Virus record (IMG/VR): IMGVR_UViG_3300034073_002480
Span: 32,001-96,000 of that record
From: a virus
Direction: 5' to 3' (one strand)
DNA length: 64,000 nucleotides
How positions within the stretch are numbered: the first letter of the stretch is position 1; every line of letters begins with the position of its first letter. The notes below the pieces were generated by a model, which made no database searches, was not told where the DNA came from, and saw nothing but the letters and a program-made list of their open reading frames with translations. Positions 51,127 through 63,172 of the stretch are shown in pieces. Both the position numbers and the translations under genes were made by a program.

Positions 51127-52776
51127 TTAAAAAGAATCAGGACTTTGTGGATCGATCTCTTTTTCTTCTACGGTCACAGGTGTTTCCACCACAGGAACAT
51201 AGAAAGAAAGGTTGTCTTCTGATACCCATTCATCACCATTGTCAGCTAGTTGAAAATAGAATAGTTTTTCTTTTTCTTCTAACTTAGTGGCAACAACATC
51301 AACAACTAAACCATTATAAACAACAGAGTCACCTACAGCATAAGGACAAGTTGTAGATAGTGCAACAACAAGATTACGTTCATCTTGTGACAACAAACGC
51401 ATCACATTTTGTTTGAGTTGCAAAGACCAATCTTTTGTAAGGATACGAAGATCCTGTCTAGTTTTACACCGCACTAATGCATCTGCAAGTCGTGATTCAT
51501 TGCTTATATGAACTAACAATGATGATTCGTTGTCAAACCATGCACTGTTTTCAGGTATAGAATACACAAACTCTTTGTTTACACGATCAACCTCAATAAT
51601 ACACATTTCTCGTAGCTTGATTAGTGCATCCTCGTATTCAGAGCATTTGTTTATACCTAATTTAGCGCGTAATTCTTTATTAGTATATTTTTGGTGTGGT
51701 CGTGATGTTAATACACGGATGATTTTATTTGACCATCCTTCGATAACAGGGTCAGCATCTTTTTCAGATTCGATCTCCATATGCCATCTACCACCTTCAC
51801 CACGAACCATAGCTAAAACTAAAGTACGTGGTAAACCGTTACGAGGATAAGACTGCATTTCTGTTCTAGTTTGACCTTGTTCATTTTTAATCTTTGCAAA
51901 CTTAAATAAACCATCATTTGCAGATGCAATAGAAGAGTGTCCTGAAGCACCACCAACATCCTTAGCACTCTTATTAGCATGGTGAATACAGATCCCTGTA
52001 CAAAAGCCAGATTTAATAAACACCTGTTGTAGACGATACATTAGTGGCGCTACTTCTGCACTGTTTTCAGATATACCAGTACCTGATAACATCATACGCA
52101 AACTATCAAAAGTTACAAGAGATGGTTTGAAATCATAAATCATCTGCTCTAGCCTTGGAATATCTTCTAGAATATTAAATGACTTCTCAATCCTATATAC
52201 ATCACTGTATTTAAGGAAGGTAGCATTATCATCATCAAAACCCCGTTCAACCATCTTCATTGCAGCTAAAGACGCACCTTCCTCTAAATTAAAATCAAGT
52301 ACTTTACCCTTTCTAACAGGTATACCTAAAAAACTACCAGAGACAAGAATTGAATACTTTAAGTCTAGAATGTATGTTGACTTGCCACTTTTGCCAGATC
52401 CGAAGAAAAGATAAAAAGCAGCAGGTTGAAAAAATGATGGAACTAACCACTCACCTGCTTCACGACCTGCTTCAAGTATTTCACGAAAACTATAGGAACT
52501 TTTAAAGTTAGCGTCTAAAGTTGACTCTTCAAAGTCTAAATGCTCTTTGATCTGTTTTTCTTTGAATCCAAATTTTTCTACCCAACGCTCATATAATTGC
52601 ACAATAATCTGGTCAGTAACAATCTTACGTTGCAAACCTTTATATTGAGCAATAGTGGCTCTCGCCTTTGCTAAATCCGCAGTATAAGCATCTAGAAAAC
52701 TATGTGTTGGCACAGTCTGTATAATAGGTTCTTCTTCATAAACTTGTTCAGAATAATCAATAAATTCTTCATCCAC
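51127..52776 (-). CDS. RecA-like replicative helicase (AAA_25 / RepA-type)
   Basis: GSGKSGKST Walker A, VTFDSL Walker B, HHANK, GHSSI. Confidence 0.8.
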   Translation of the reverse strand: MDEEFIDYSEQVYEEEPIIQTVPTHSFLDAYTADLAKARATIAQYKGLQRKIVTDQIIVQLYERWVEKFGFKEKQIKEHLDFEESTLDANFKSSYSFREILEAGREAGEWLVPSFFQPAAFYLFFGSGKSGKSTYILDLKYSILVSGSFLGIPVRKGKVLDFNLEEGASLAAMKMVERGFDDDNATFLKYSDVYRIEKSFNILEDIPRLEQMIYDFKPSLVTFDSLRMMLSGTGISENSAEVAPLMYRLQQVFIKSGFCTGICIHHANKSAKDVGGASGHSSIASANDGLFKFAKIKNEQGQTRTEMQSYPRNGLPRTLVLAMVRGEGGRWHMEIESEKDADPVIEGWSNKIIRVLTSRPHQKYTNKELRAKLGINKCSEYEDALIKLREMCIIEVDRVNKEFVYSIPENSAWFDNESSLLVHISNESRLADALVRCKTRQDLRILTKDWSLQLKQNVMRLLSQDERNLVVALSTTCPYAVGDSVVYNGLVVDVVATKLEEKEKLFYFQLADNGDEWVSEDNLSFYVPVVETPVTVEEKEIDPQSPDSF

Positions 52777-53659
52777 GATAATCCATCCACAAATACACTA
52801 AATCTTGAATCTCGTACTCACAATCAGCAATATCAAACCCATCATCAGGTGAAGCACCAGACCGTAGAAAAGAAGGATTGATGACTGTACACTCTAGCCC
52901 ATTACGCCAGCAAGCATTAGCAACCATATGTGATTTTTTCCGACCAGCAGTGTCGTTGTCCTCGAAGTATAGCACACCTCGCAAACCGTAGGAAACCAAT
53001 CTCCGAGCTGCATTGTCTAAATACTCTGGTGTAAAACAAAAACCAGCAGGTGTAAGACATTCATATGTCTGGTTGGTTACTGATACACAACATTTTTCAC
53101 CTTCAGCCATCATAATATGGTTGCCTTCTAAGTCAGCTTTAGGCAGTTCACCACTTATTTCTTCGTTGTAGGTAAATAGATGCTGTTCATTAAATAACAA
53201 CCATTGTTGTGAACCCGTACCTGACACATAGTTACTGTTTTTTAGATACTGTGGAGCTACAATCTTCTTACCATCTTTACTGATAAATCTAACTGTCTGG
53301 TGATAAGCAGTATAAACATAGTATTTACGATCAATCTCCTCATCACGCGCACAACGCACGAAATGGCTCTCCAAGGCAAGCAAAACATCACTAGGTATGT
53401 ACAGAGGTTCAGAGTCTAAATAACGTCTAGCGGCGCGTCTAGGTGTACGTAAATTAGTTTTTATATAGGGCGTGTAACGCGCCACAGAATCACGTATCTT
53501 TCTAGTAGAGCAGTCATTAGCGTAGCATTTATAAGCACCTGTAGAAGCATTGATTTTCAGCTTGTGTGTATGACAAACAGGGCAGTCAACCAACAACCAA
53601 CTACCTTTTTCTTCTACGTTCTCTAGTTTTTCTGTGTAGTCAAGGATGTTGAAAGTCAT
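52769..53659 (-). CDS. DNA primase (zinc finger + TOPRIM)
   Basis: CPVC...CYANDC, AEGEK, EDNDTAG, FDIAD. Confidence 0.8.
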   Translation of the reverse strand: MTFNILDYTEKLENVEEKGSWLLVDCPVCHTHKLKINASTGAYKCYANDCSTRKIRDSVARYTPYIKTNLRTPRRAARRYLDSEPLYIPSDVLLALESHFVRCARDEEIDRKYYVYTAYHQTVRFISKDGKKIVAPQYLKNSNYVSGTGSQQWLLFNEQHLFTYNEEISGELPKADLEGNHIMMAEGEKCCVSVTNQTYECLTPAGFCFTPEYLDNAARRLVSYGLRGVLYFEDNDTAGRKKSHMVANACWRNGLECTVINPSFLRSGASPDDGFDIADCEYEIQDLVYLWMDYRG

Positions 53660-55026
53660 ATATAAGACTCAGTTGTACAGTAAGTGTGATCAGGCATTGC
53701 AAACTTTTCTTCTGTCTCCGAAAAACCATATGTTTGTAGTACAGAATATAGTTTATCTGTGTCTTCCTTTGAAGGATTCAACAACATTATGCCTACAAAA
53801 AAGCGTCTAACAGGTTCTGGTGGTTTTTCAGCAGCAACATATTCTATAGATTCAATACCATCAAAAAAGTAGATATCGTCACCAATGTCAACTCTTTGTG
53901 AGCCAATATAAGCTTTAATGGTAAATAACCAGTATGCAGTACCAATCTTCAAGTATATTTGAAGAGTATCTTGATAGTAACCTTGACCACAATCAAAATA
54001 ACCAGTATCGTACAAGCCATACTTCTTGATATCATTTGCAAATTGTTCTGGTGTTGTTACAGTCTCGTTCTCATAAATGTCAATCATACAGCTACACCTT
54101 CATCTAAATCTTCTAAAGCAGCGTTGTAACCTTCATCAAAACCATCCATCCAACCTATTCTGACACCTGCTAGAAAAGCTTGCTCCATAGTAGTGTGAGG
54201 GTTTCCCAACAGATACAAACGATAGCGAAACTCTGGTGTCCATATATCGTTGTACACAGCATGGTAATCGTCCCACTCTGCAAAACCTAACATCTGATAC
54301 ACTTCTTGTTCAGTAGGACAACCTTGTGCATGGTAGGCTAATAATTTATCTTGTAGTTGTTGTATGTTGTATTCTACCATCTTATACTCTTTGTTGGTAA
54401 ATTTTATAACTGCACAGCATCACATTCTAGAAAGTAGTCAAAATAATCAAGAGCTATATTTTCTTTGAAAAAGTGGTGGTGAATGTAATCAACTTGATCT
54501 CCAGTAAGTTCTGTAAGTCCATACAGAAGAGGGTCGATTTCATCTTGCAAAAAGTCAACCGTAGAAAGGAAGGTTAGTGCATCTGGTGGTAGTTGTATTT
54601 CAAACCCCAAAGCCTCTGTTTGCTTGTAATAAGCACGTATATATCTATCAACTTGCATATATTTTCTCCAATAAAGATTCTACTTTTCCTATTAGTAATA
54701 GTAAAGTAATGTTTTGATAAAGTTCTAGATTTTCAGACTGTTCTTCATACAAACGGTTAGCTTTTGATAACCAAGTTTCATAATGCTTTGAATTAGATGT
54801 TTGAAACAAAATATCATAGAAACAGAGTAGATCTTGTTCTGTAACTAATCTATTGACTTGTAATTGTCGGTAAGCATTGTCAATTTCTTCCTGTGTCCAC
54901 TCTTTTTCTATGGTCATATATTTCTATTGTTATATCTGGTTTTTTCTTCTCTTCCTTCTTCTTTTCTGGTTTTGATTGAGCATACCATAAACAAGCTGCC
55001 ACTACCAAACCACCTATGATCTCCAC

Positions 55027-55854
55027 TTATTTCTCATTCAAATACACCTGTTTTGGTAAATAATCAGCAATCAAACCGTCCTCTGTAAGGTGACCTATAC
55101 TGTGTGCTTTAAAAGCTTCATAGTCAAATTCTTCTTTATAAGCATAGCAACGCGCAATCTCACGAAAATTCTGCCAATACCACATAATGCAACGTTTATC
55201 TAAATATACAAGTTTTAGAGTACGTGCTGTAGTAAAGACGATAAGAGACTCACAGACTGCATGTTGTTTATTAGTAGCACGGTTGAATCCAGCAGCATAG
55301 GCAGCAGCTTGCAAATAGTAGCCAATATAGAAATCAAGATCATAAAAGGTCTTGACGTTTTTCCAATCGAGAATTACATTTGTAGAACCTGTACCAATCT
55401 GCACATCTTGTTCGTTAGTAAAACGAGAGCGATCCATGACAGCTACTGCATCCAGAGTACCTCCAAATCCAACTCTTTGGTCACTAGGATCTATCCACAA
55501 GATCTTCTTTTCTTGTAGAGGTAGATCAATCTTACATACAACTTTCTGTATATTGTTATAACGTGTGATTTCTTTCTTGTCTAATTTTGTGAGATCACCA
55601 GTCTCAATAGCTTCGTGAATTTTAGTGCCAGACTTCGCACCTTTTCTTCTATGGATCTCCGCTTCTTCAGCACCCATTTTCTCTACGTTTTTCTGATGCC
55701 AAGCACGGATAGCCTCTATGCCCTTCACGTTGTAGTGATCTTTTAATTTTGTCACAGAGGGGTATCGCATATCTGGTTGGCTGTTATGTATATAGAAACG
55801 GGAGTCAGTTGCAGTGTCATTTATCTGCGTGATCTGAGAATCATCTAGGAACAT
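55027..55854 (-). CDS. PD-(D/E)XK exonuclease
   Basis: YPSVT, GTKIH, GTLD, ILDWK, LQAAAYA. Confidence 0.85.
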   Translation of the reverse strand: MFLDDSQITQINDTATDSRFYIHNSQPDMRYPSVTKLKDHYNVKGIEAIRAWHQKNVEKMGAEEAEIHRRKGAKSGTKIHEAIETGDLTKLDKKEITRYNNIQKVVCKIDLPLQEKKILWIDPSDQRVGFGGTLDAVAVMDRSRFTNEQDVQIGTGSTNVILDWKNVKTFYDLDFYIGYYLQAAAYAAGFNRATNKQHAVCESLIVFTTARTLKLVYLDKRCIMWYWQNFREIARCYAYKEEFDYEAFKAHSIGHLTEDGLIADYLPKQVYLNEK

Positions 55855-55877
55855 AGAAGAAAAGGTGAAGTGTTTAT

Positions 55878-56482
55878 TTATTCTAGCACATCGGGACTTA
55901 TTTCATCTACTAGTTCTTCTTTGGTGGCAAACAAATGATAATCTTCTATAATCTGTGATCCGTATTTGGTCTTGACACGGTATAATGAGTACCAACCTTC
56001 AACCCCATATTCCTCTTCTTGCAGAACAATACCTTTGTGTATTCTGTTGTTGCTTATAAACCAAACTTCATCTTGTGGTTCTATAACCATTGCTTTAACT
56101 CCAGAGCTTTTGCTACAGCATCTTGTGGGTTATCGAAAACAATATTGAGATCAACGTTAAAAAGTGGCACAGATGGAAGTGGCACACGAATTTCTACAGT
56201 TTCATTTGTTGTAGAAATTACACAAGCTTTTTCGATACGTAAAGTGTCACGGTTATCTGCTTCTTCTATATACCACACAGTTTGACCAACAACAAAATTA
56301 TGTAGTGGTGGATCAATAGCTGCTAACAAAGCTTCTTTTGTTGGAAAAAGTTTATTTGTGCATATGGATTTTTGACTCTCATATAGTTCAACATCGTCTG
56401 TACTTGCATAACGTACAGTACCTCTTCTGATTTTCGGTGTAGAGTCTATATACCACACGATATCGCCAGTTTTATACTTCAT
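55878..56482 (-). other. Two ORFs (55878-56090, 56081-56482) built from three copies of a small SH3-like module
   Basis: GDIVWYI...LFPTKEALL, GQTVWYI...VFDNPQDAV, QDEVWFI...LFATKEELV. Confidence 0.55.
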
Positions 56483-56530
56483 CTTCAACCTCAACAATAA
56501 AATCAATTACTTTCACAGACAGAATTAATG

Positions 56531-57204
56531 TCATATAGGTAACTCCATTAACGGTTGCCAGTAACAATCAGTCAAATCTTGTTCGTCACAGCAGATATGG
56601 TAGTCATTGAAGTCAGCAGCTAAGAGATGCCAACATTGATAAACTACAACCTCTTGTGGCACTCCATCTATAATACCTTCGTATTTGTAACCATACTTGC
56701 GTTCATAATAAGCTGTGCAGACACAACCACGAAGACCATAGAAAAGAAGGAAATGAGTACCATCCCTTGGTGCTGTGTCTAGTGTTTGCCAGTTATGTGT
56801 TGTTGTCATAGTTGTGGTGGTTGTGGTAAAGGTTGCCAATACAAGGGAGCAGGGTTTAGCATAGGTTGGCAACCAAAGTAATGGTCTGGATAAAAAATCC
56901 ACCATGTAGGTGCATCGTATTTTGCGTGTTGCACACCATAAGTAGGATGGTAGACCAACACATACTTTTTGCTCGGTGCTGTAGTTATTGGTTGCCAAGG
57001 ACTGAATAATTCGGGTAGTTTGTGTTGTATAAGTAGTTTACGTCCCACTGTATCAGGATCATCAACCCAAGCTTTATGTATGTTAGTTATATAACTCAAT
57101 ACATTGTAAGAAGTTCTCAACCTTCCTATCAATCTTGTAATACCATGTTCACCAACATCATCATAGTCAACAACTACAACTTCAATTTTATATACGTTTG
57201 TCAT
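56531..57204 (-). other. Two DUF551-like proteins (56531-56809 and 56806-57204)
   Basis: WQTLDTAPRDG...YWQPLMELP and WQPITTAP...YWQPLPQPP. Confidence 0.65.
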
Positions 57205-57272
57205 TATTTTCTTCCATATGTTTGATTAGTTTTTGACAGTGAGTTCGCTATCACAGCAGTAAGTAACGTCTG

Positions 57273-57905
57273 TTAAGACATCGATATCAAGTTACGCACA
57301 ACCTGTTTTTGTTTCCAATGCTTTGCAGTGTCTTGTATATGCCCTTGCCTTACAAACTTACCTATGTTCAAACGAAAGTCCTCATAACCAAAAGAACCAG
57401 CATTGCGTATGACATAACCTTCAGTCACAGAGAAATCCAACTTTCTTTCTATGTCTCGTATCTTCTGGCGATCATACAACCCATAGTATAAAACAGGTAC
57501 AGGGGTAACGCCTAACAACGCAAACCAGTCTAAAGTGTCAGACCATGATAAACATTGATTAGAATCGTTCCATATAGAAAAACCGTAGAAATAAGTGGTG
57601 AGGTTATTATAAAAAATACTGTGTTTAGCATATACGTTTTCACCGCAAAGTCGCCAATTTACAGGGATATCATGTTGGAAGCCAGTGAATAACTGTTTAA
57701 CCCAATCTCTACTTTCATGACTAGCAGAGTCTATACTCCTAGCATGAGAATAGTTAGAGTAAACTGTTGTATTTTCACCATCTAGTTTCTCAGTAACAAC
57801 TACTGTCATACTTTCAAACTGTGTATCTGTTTGTAATGTTTTGTCATCACTAGTTGCACTTTGTGACCAAGGTAGATGATAAGTGCGTGGGTATTTAGTA
57901 TACAT
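57273..57905 (-). CDS. RNA ligase (Rnl2-like nucleotidyltransferase domain)
   Basis: KYPRTYHLPWS, TEKLDGEN, GEN, EGYVIR. Confidence 0.85.
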   Translation of the reverse strand: MYTKYPRTYHLPWSQSATSDDKTLQTDTQFESMTVVVTEKLDGENTTVYSNYSHARSIDSASHESRDWVKQLFTGFQHDIPVNWRLCGENVYAKHSIFYNNLTTYFYGFSIWNDSNQCLSWSDTLDWFALLGVTPVPVLYYGLYDRQKIRDIERKLDFSVTEGYVIRNAGSFGYEDFRLNIGKFVRQGHIQDTAKHWKQKQVVRNLISMS

Positions 57906-57906
57906 T

Positions 57907-60900
57907 TTATTTACCTAATACACGTAATCTATGTAAAACCACAGGGAATTTAGAATCCCACTCAGCAGATCCGTAGTATAAATCTTTGTATAAGTTGTAA
58001 TAAGCTTCAACTTGCTTCAGTATCTCTTGTGGATCAGTATTATTATGTTTAAGCACAGAAATAAGTTCCAAAAAACCAGCAGTACGTTCTTTATATATAG
58101 ATGATTCTAAGGTAAGTTTAAAATGTAACCCAAACAAAAAACCTACAATTACACGATGAGCAAAAGGTCGTGTACCCCATGTACACCAACCGATTTTGTT
58201 GAGTAAACCCCAAAAGTAATCACACATACTATAAGTCCCATATACGTTCTAAACATTTCAATTGATAACAAGGGTACATAGGAGGATAAGGATCTAAATG
58301 ACCATCAGAATCAAGAGTACATTCAAAATCCTCAACATAGAAAAGAACATAAGGCAGTAGATGCCTGTACTCACTACATAACAATGATTGCATGGTGGAT
58401 AATACTAATTCTTGTGCTGTGTGGAACACAAAAATAAAACCAGTATCTTTGCACTCTACAAGTTTTTCTAACCAACTACGGCATTCTGCTTCTATGTCAC
58501 AATCGCGATATAGTTGTACAGATTTATCTTGCTCTGTATATAGAATTTCTAGTTTAGCCATGTATAATCCACACTAGTAAAGATAAAACTACAAATTTTT
58601 CAAACATATCGGCTCTGGTGCAGGTGGCATATCATCAATAGGTGGTAGAGAAGGAATAGTATCATCGTCATCGCCCATATTATTATAACCTCACAGTTTT
58701 TGTTTTTAAATAGTCGTATATATCAAAACCATCTGGTGATACCCATTGAACCCAGTATGCTTCGCCATCATCTTCAGTCGGGTATACCCAATTATTTAAT
58801 GCAGCATATACAGCAAGTTCTTCTTGTGGTCTTGCTTTGTATAAATAACCTCTACATATTTCTCTTGCCAGTAGAAAGTCTCTATGTTCCAACAAAGCAT
58901 GAAAGACACGTATAGCTTCTTGTTCATTTCCAAGATCATAAATAAAAGGTTGTGGTGTCCAATTATCATACCAAAATACAATGCGGTATTTACCCATAGT
59001 CATATTCTGTAGCTCCTAATTCCTTGGTTATCTGTAAAAAGTATCTATGTGTGAAGCACAACCAACAATCAAAATCATTTGTAGCTCTTGGTGTCAGCAA
59101 CTCATGTATTGAAGACCATAGAAGAGAAAGCGTTTGCTCTGTAATAGGTAGTATAGCTCTCCACCAACCATCATCTATACTGTACAATGAAAGACATTGC
59201 CAAGGTTCTTTATGACGACCACCACCCAAATGATGTCGTGTCAGCGCTAGTTCATTGTATTGTCTGTTATATAAATGCAAAGCATCAGATGGTGTAACTT
59301 TTACCACACAAGCATATGTTTCACTGTACACATCACCAGAATTACCTATTCTTTTTCTATGGTATGTTTGTCCTAACAAAGGATCTAATTCTTCAGGAGA
59401 CATTGTGTATAAGTTGTACATATTCTCTTCAATGAGTTGTAGGTTACTCATACAACTACCTCTTTCTGCCAATAACAAACACCAATTACACCTATATATG
59501 ATTCCTGTTGTTTAGAGTCTACGCCTAGAGTGTCATCAAACAAACGGCATCTCTTATGCCCACCATCGTTGTAGAAATAAGGGCAGATATGCATCTTGTA
59601 ATCCCAACACACGGACTCAGGTGGTACTTGCGTTAGTTTTATAATCATACTCAGGCTCCATCAAGTTTATCAACCATCTTACACGAAATGAACACTGCCA
59701 ACGATCAGAAATATAGGACAGATCACCTTTGATAGATTCTTCGTCAGTCATCTCTAACAAACCCAAACCATCACCATGATCTACAGGTGGAGAAGCTGTG
59801 TAACCATAAGTCTCGAAACCCGACCTATAATCAGGATCTCTAGCCAACAATACAAGCTCGTAATGTCGCTTGAGCCATAGAAGAAAAGGTTGGAGCTTCT
59901 GTTTGATTTGTTGTAGAGACAGTGGTTCCAGTACAGCATTATAACCAAAAGAATCCATCAACACACAGAAGTCTTTGTGTTTCTTACAACTATATCTAGG
60001 TCTGCGGTTACGTCTTTTGTAGCGTATAGACAACTGGTTGTATTCGTCACTTCTTTTTCTTCTACGGTTCTTGCACTTACGTTTGTAAAAGTAAGTAAAC
60101 CAAGGATCGTTACAGGACATATTACCGACCTCTGTATAATTTATTTATAATAGGTACACACGATAAGAAGTAGTGGTTAGCTCTTACAACAGAATTATCT
60201 ACATCGTATAATTCTTTATGTAGATCCAACAACTGCTCATGGTTTAAACCAGCTTCTATATCTAAATGTCTAATAAAGTCTCTGTCATAAGATCTGATAG
60301 CATCACCAAAATACATCTCTAGCAACACTGCATCAGCTAGGCTTTGAAAATACATAGCTATACCTTTTTCTCTGCACATTGTTGTTTCATAGGAACCTCG
60401 GATCGGTGCATCTTTCGTAAGATCCTTGAAGTAAACAGAATATTGTGTAAGACGAGTAACTAGATCCTTACCTTTGTTACTGACAGGATCATCTTGATTT
60501 ACTATAGCTATATTGTTTAAGGCAGGTGATTTCAGATTGTATTTGTCTGTATTTCTTTCTATGTATAGTTTTACAAGAACAGAAGATAGTATACCGACAA
60601 GAAAATAATCATCTGTGATCTCATGGATCTCCAAACGTCCTTTTCTCCAACCATAGTGTTTCTTTAGCTCCAGTATGAACCCTTTTGGTTTGTTACCTTT
60701 TATATACTGCTCTAGAGTTATTACAGGTGTGGTAAAATCCATACCTTGCTTAAGTAACCAATCATACATCATAATTAATTCACAGGTACTAATATTAAAT
60801 GTGTATCTTCGTCTTCTATGGTTTCACCAGACCATGTGTTATAAGGTTCATAACCAGCTAAGCCTATACATGCTAGAGGGCTGTAAGCATTACCTTCAGC

Positions 60901-61985
60901 ATCTTTTTGTATAATGATTTCTTTGTCGAGATCAGCTTCAGTTGTTTCTGCTAATAAATCACGTAGTGTCATATTACACCTCTATATCTGGTTCATGGTT
61001 AGCAACCCATTGTGCGTACCACTCTGGGTTTGTTTTTAATTCTTGATGTATAATCTGCCAACACTGGTATATACGATCTCTTACGTCTGTACCATTGCTA
61101 TCGGTGTCAAAGTCTTCGTAATCAAAACAAGCGCCCCAAATAGCGTTCTGTATATCTTTCGGCGGTACATTGCCATACTTCATGGGTTGATCCATAACAC
61201 TTGTGAGATGTTTAGCTTGATTTCTTGACATGTTTATATAACCAATCTATATATTTAAAAGATTCCCCTCCGAAATCAACTAGTCCTTGATGACTAGAGT
61301 GTAGGGCTTCGTGGGCAGGTGCATATAGCGCAGGGTGTCGTTGCAAAAAAGATGACAAATCTTCTTCATATCTCTGACAAAAAGGTATCTCGTAGTTGTA
61401 GGTATAATGCCAATAACCACCAAGAAATCGGTCAGATACACGAGCTACATAGATGTAACCGTTATCTAAAACCCATACAGTTATACGAGGTTTACTTAAC
61501 ATTTTTTCTATGGCTCTAATATATATGACCAATGTGTAGGTTTATTGAACCGTTCTATTTTGCAAGTAACCCAACCTGTTAAATCCCACTTTTCAGGATC
61601 ATTAGAATCAAACCATCTACTCACTTCTACAACAGGTATTGTGTGGTCTAAAAAAGATGCTAATAATATCCATTCACCATCTTTAGGTGCAGTTTCAATA
61701 GGTTGCCAATTCATGATTTACCTCAAAATAAACTAATATATTATTGTCAATATCATAATCAAGGCTTACAAAATTCTGCGTTATTACAATAATTTGTGTA
61801 ATAGCATGAAGTAATTTATCCTGATTACCAAGACTTATACGACAATAGTTTGGTTCTTCGTACTCGCACGAAAAATCATTTTTGAGAAAACATTTTTTCA
61901 AAGTAGGTAGTAGTGTTTTCTCTAAATACTCTTTTTCTTCTGCTGACTCGAATACAAGTACAATACTTTGATAGTTTAACGGCAT
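57907..61985 (-). other. Dense run of small coupled hypothetical ORFs, including a third DUF551-like ORF (61508-61714)
   Basis: About 12 abutting ORFs of 65-216 aa; 61508-61714 begins WQPIETAPKDG. Confidence 0.6.
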
Positions 61986-62046
61986 AATAACACCATAGAA
62001 AAAACAAAAGACGCTGCCGAAACAACATCTTTCTTTTATTTATAAA

Positions 62047-62118
62047 TAGGCGCGGTTGGATTCTAACCAACATACCATCTGTTATGAGCAGAGTTCCTTG
62101 ACTGTCGGACACGCGCCC
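62047..62118 (-). tRNA. tRNA with CAT anticodon (elongator Met or lysidine-Ile2), no encoded CCA
   Basis: Acceptor GGGCGCG/CGCGCCT, D stem TCC/GGA, anticodon arm TCTG-CTCATAA-CAGA, T arm GTTGG-TTAGAAT-CCAAC. Confidence 0.8.
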
Positions 62119-62150
62119 AAATGAAGGTTATACGTTACCTACAAACGTGA

Positions 62151-62300
62151 AATGTCGAACCGATCCTAGCAAGAGAGGTGTTCTCGTCCACGCCAACTGT
62201 ACCGAGATTATGATCCACAAGGCTATTATTGGCAGCCCTTATGCTACTTCCTGAAGAGTGTTTTTCATACAAGATCGCTTTTTTCATGTCAGCCGACATT
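62151..62300 (-). ncRNA. Putative multi-helix structured RNA of unknown class
   Basis: ORF-free, GC-richer gap with nested helices AATGTCGG/TCGACATT, CGATCTT/AGGATCG, TAGCA/TGCTA, GGGCT/AGCCT, TCTCG/CGAGA. Confidence 0.5.
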
Positions 62301-62349
62301 GGTTTTAACAGGGGACTCCTAAGAGCGCGTAGCTGTTATTGTGTATAGG

Positions 62350-62790
62350 TTAGAAAGGCACATCTAGGTCTGAAGATGGTGGTGCTGCTGGTGCTGAAGG
62401 ACGTTTGGTTGTTGCTGTAGATTCAACAGCAGACTCATTATCAAACTTACGATCCAATAATACAATATCTGAAGGATTCTTGATTAAGAGTTCAGTTTTA
62501 GTAGAACCATCATTGGCTTGATAGGTACGAGTTACCAGATTGCCAAGCACAAACAAACGGCAAGGATTTTCAGCAGTATGTTTATGGATTTTCTCTGCCA
62601 GAGCTATACCAAGTTTATTCCAGATTTCAACAGTGATCCATTCAGCAGGAGCATATTGTTCACCTTCTGCTTTCTTTTCACCGTTTAAAGCACGAACTTT
62701 AACCTTTAAAACAGCACTACCTGAGTCAAAATACTTAAGCTCAGGATCTTGTGAAACAGTAGCATCAGAAAGTGTAATTTTGATAGACAT
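62350..62790 (-). CDS. ssb: Single-stranded DNA-binding protein
   Basis: DPELKYFDSG, W.VEIW, GNL, acidic DLDVPF tail. Confidence 0.9.
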   Translation of the reverse strand: MSIKITLSDATVSQDPELKYFDSGSAVLKVKVRALNGEKKAEGEQYAPAEWITVEIWNKLGIALAEKIHKHTAENPCRLFVLGNLVTRTYQANDGSTKTELLIKNPSDIVLLDRKFDNESAVESTATTKRPSAPAAPPSSDLDVPF

Positions 62791-62810
62791 AGTTTTTTGT
62801 TAGTTATTGT

Positions 62811-63131
62811 TTAGATTTGATGTGTACCTTCAACATTACGTTGTTCACGTTGTTGAGTGCGATGATTTAACCAGTGTAATGCTTCTTCAAGCTTGGTGAT
62901 AGCAAGTGCATTTTCACGACAGGCAAACTTAGAAGATTGGTAGTATTGAATCCTTTGCAAAGCGGCAGCAATTACAGTTTCAACAAAAGCACCATTAGGT
63001 TGTTGGCGTTCAGCACCACGACCTAAAGCACCATCTTGCCAATCGATCCGTAATCCAGTTCCAACTACATAACCACCAGCAGGATTTCCATCAGGATCAT
63101 TATAGTTTTTAAATTCAAATGTATCAATCAT
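62811..63131 (-). CDS. tad1: Tad1-like anti-Thoeris / anti-CBASS signalling-molecule sponge
   Basis: WQDG...NG...R..YYQ..KFACRENALAITKLEEALHWLNHRT..R..RNVEGT matches the Tad1 signature. Confidence 0.8.
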   Translation of the reverse strand: MIDTFEFKNYNDPDGNPAGGYVVGTGLRIDWQDGALGRGAERQQPNGAFVETVIAAALQRIQYYQSSKFACRENALAITKLEEALHWLNHRTQQREQRNVEGTHQI

Positions 63132-63172
63132 TATAATCTCTTTAGTGGTTTATTTTTCCATAGTGTGTAGTT

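Noticed and set aside
62230-62292. CTGACATGA and CAGGAAGTAGC resembling hammerhead or SRP cores
   Set aside because: Neither matches the required consensus or helix arrangement
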